A DNA stretch of 64,000 nucleotides from Octopus vulgaris (Eukaryota): positions 83,452,001 to 83,516,000 of the forward strand of contig OX597815.1 in the NCBI GenBank assembly GCA_951406725.2. The letters are read 5' to 3'. Below are positions 63,512-64,000 of this stretch, in pieces (the first letter of the stretch is position 1; every line of letters begins with the position of its first letter). The notes under the pieces are model-generated. The model was given only the letters and a program-made list of their open reading frames with translations. It ran no database searches and was not told the DNA's origin. Position numbers and translations under genes: made by a program.

Positions 63512-64000
63512 GTGGTTTATAGTGAGCACTCTTTTCTACGTTCTTTATAACAAATGATATCTTATTTCTTTAATTTCTCTTCAAGCATGCCGCCATCGTA
63601 TTTTTCCTTGCCAATCCTTCTCAAATGCTCTATTACCTCTTGTAAACATGACCTACTGTCAGATTGTGTGCTGCCTTTGTGATGCTATTTTACAGTTGTT
63701 CCTTTCCTCTGTTTGTGTTTGTGTGTGTGTGTGTATAAATATGTTTGCTTGTATATACATATGTGTGTGTGTATCCATATATGCATGCATACATATATGT
63801 ATGTATCCACCTCCAATTTTCCTTCTATCCCTCTCTCTCTCGCCCTTCCATCATTTCTTCCACCACACACATAGTTATATATGCGTATGTGTGTGTGTGC
63901 GAGTTAGCTATTTGATTAATTACTTATCAATAATTTCAAGAAGTCATACAGTATGCAAAACATAATTTACACAGTCACACAAACATATGCATGCTTGTGT

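Overview
AT-rich, microsatellite-saturated animal genomic DNA. The 5S sequence and SINE repertoire look like a coleoid cephalopod (Octopus-like; inference). I found no credible intact host CDS: nearly all listed ORFs are microsatellite artefacts, and the rest are decayed retroelement fragments (RTE, CR1, R4/Dong-like, HERO-like, Tx1/L1-like, Penelope-like), mariner/piggyBac relics, non-autonomous Helitrons, a MITE and tRNA-derived SINEs. The strongest unannotated signal is a dense set of type I hammerhead ribozyme (HHR) motifs (CUGANGA-stem II-GAAA-short, often palindromic stem III-NUH-stem I'), read by eye. They belong to at least six distinct repeat families, mostly sit in inverted-repeat pairs beside (TA)n tracts, and some lie next to Penelope RT or GIY-YIG relics. 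One family behaves like a ~500-bp ORF-less, circularly permuted, retrozyme-like monomer. Also notable are a full-length 5S rRNA copy fused to a CR1-type 3' tail (SINE3-like chimera), a SINE/Tx1-LINE shared 3' end, and Helitrons that share a 3' end but have different 5' halves. All calls are manual; no alignments, folding or database searches were run.
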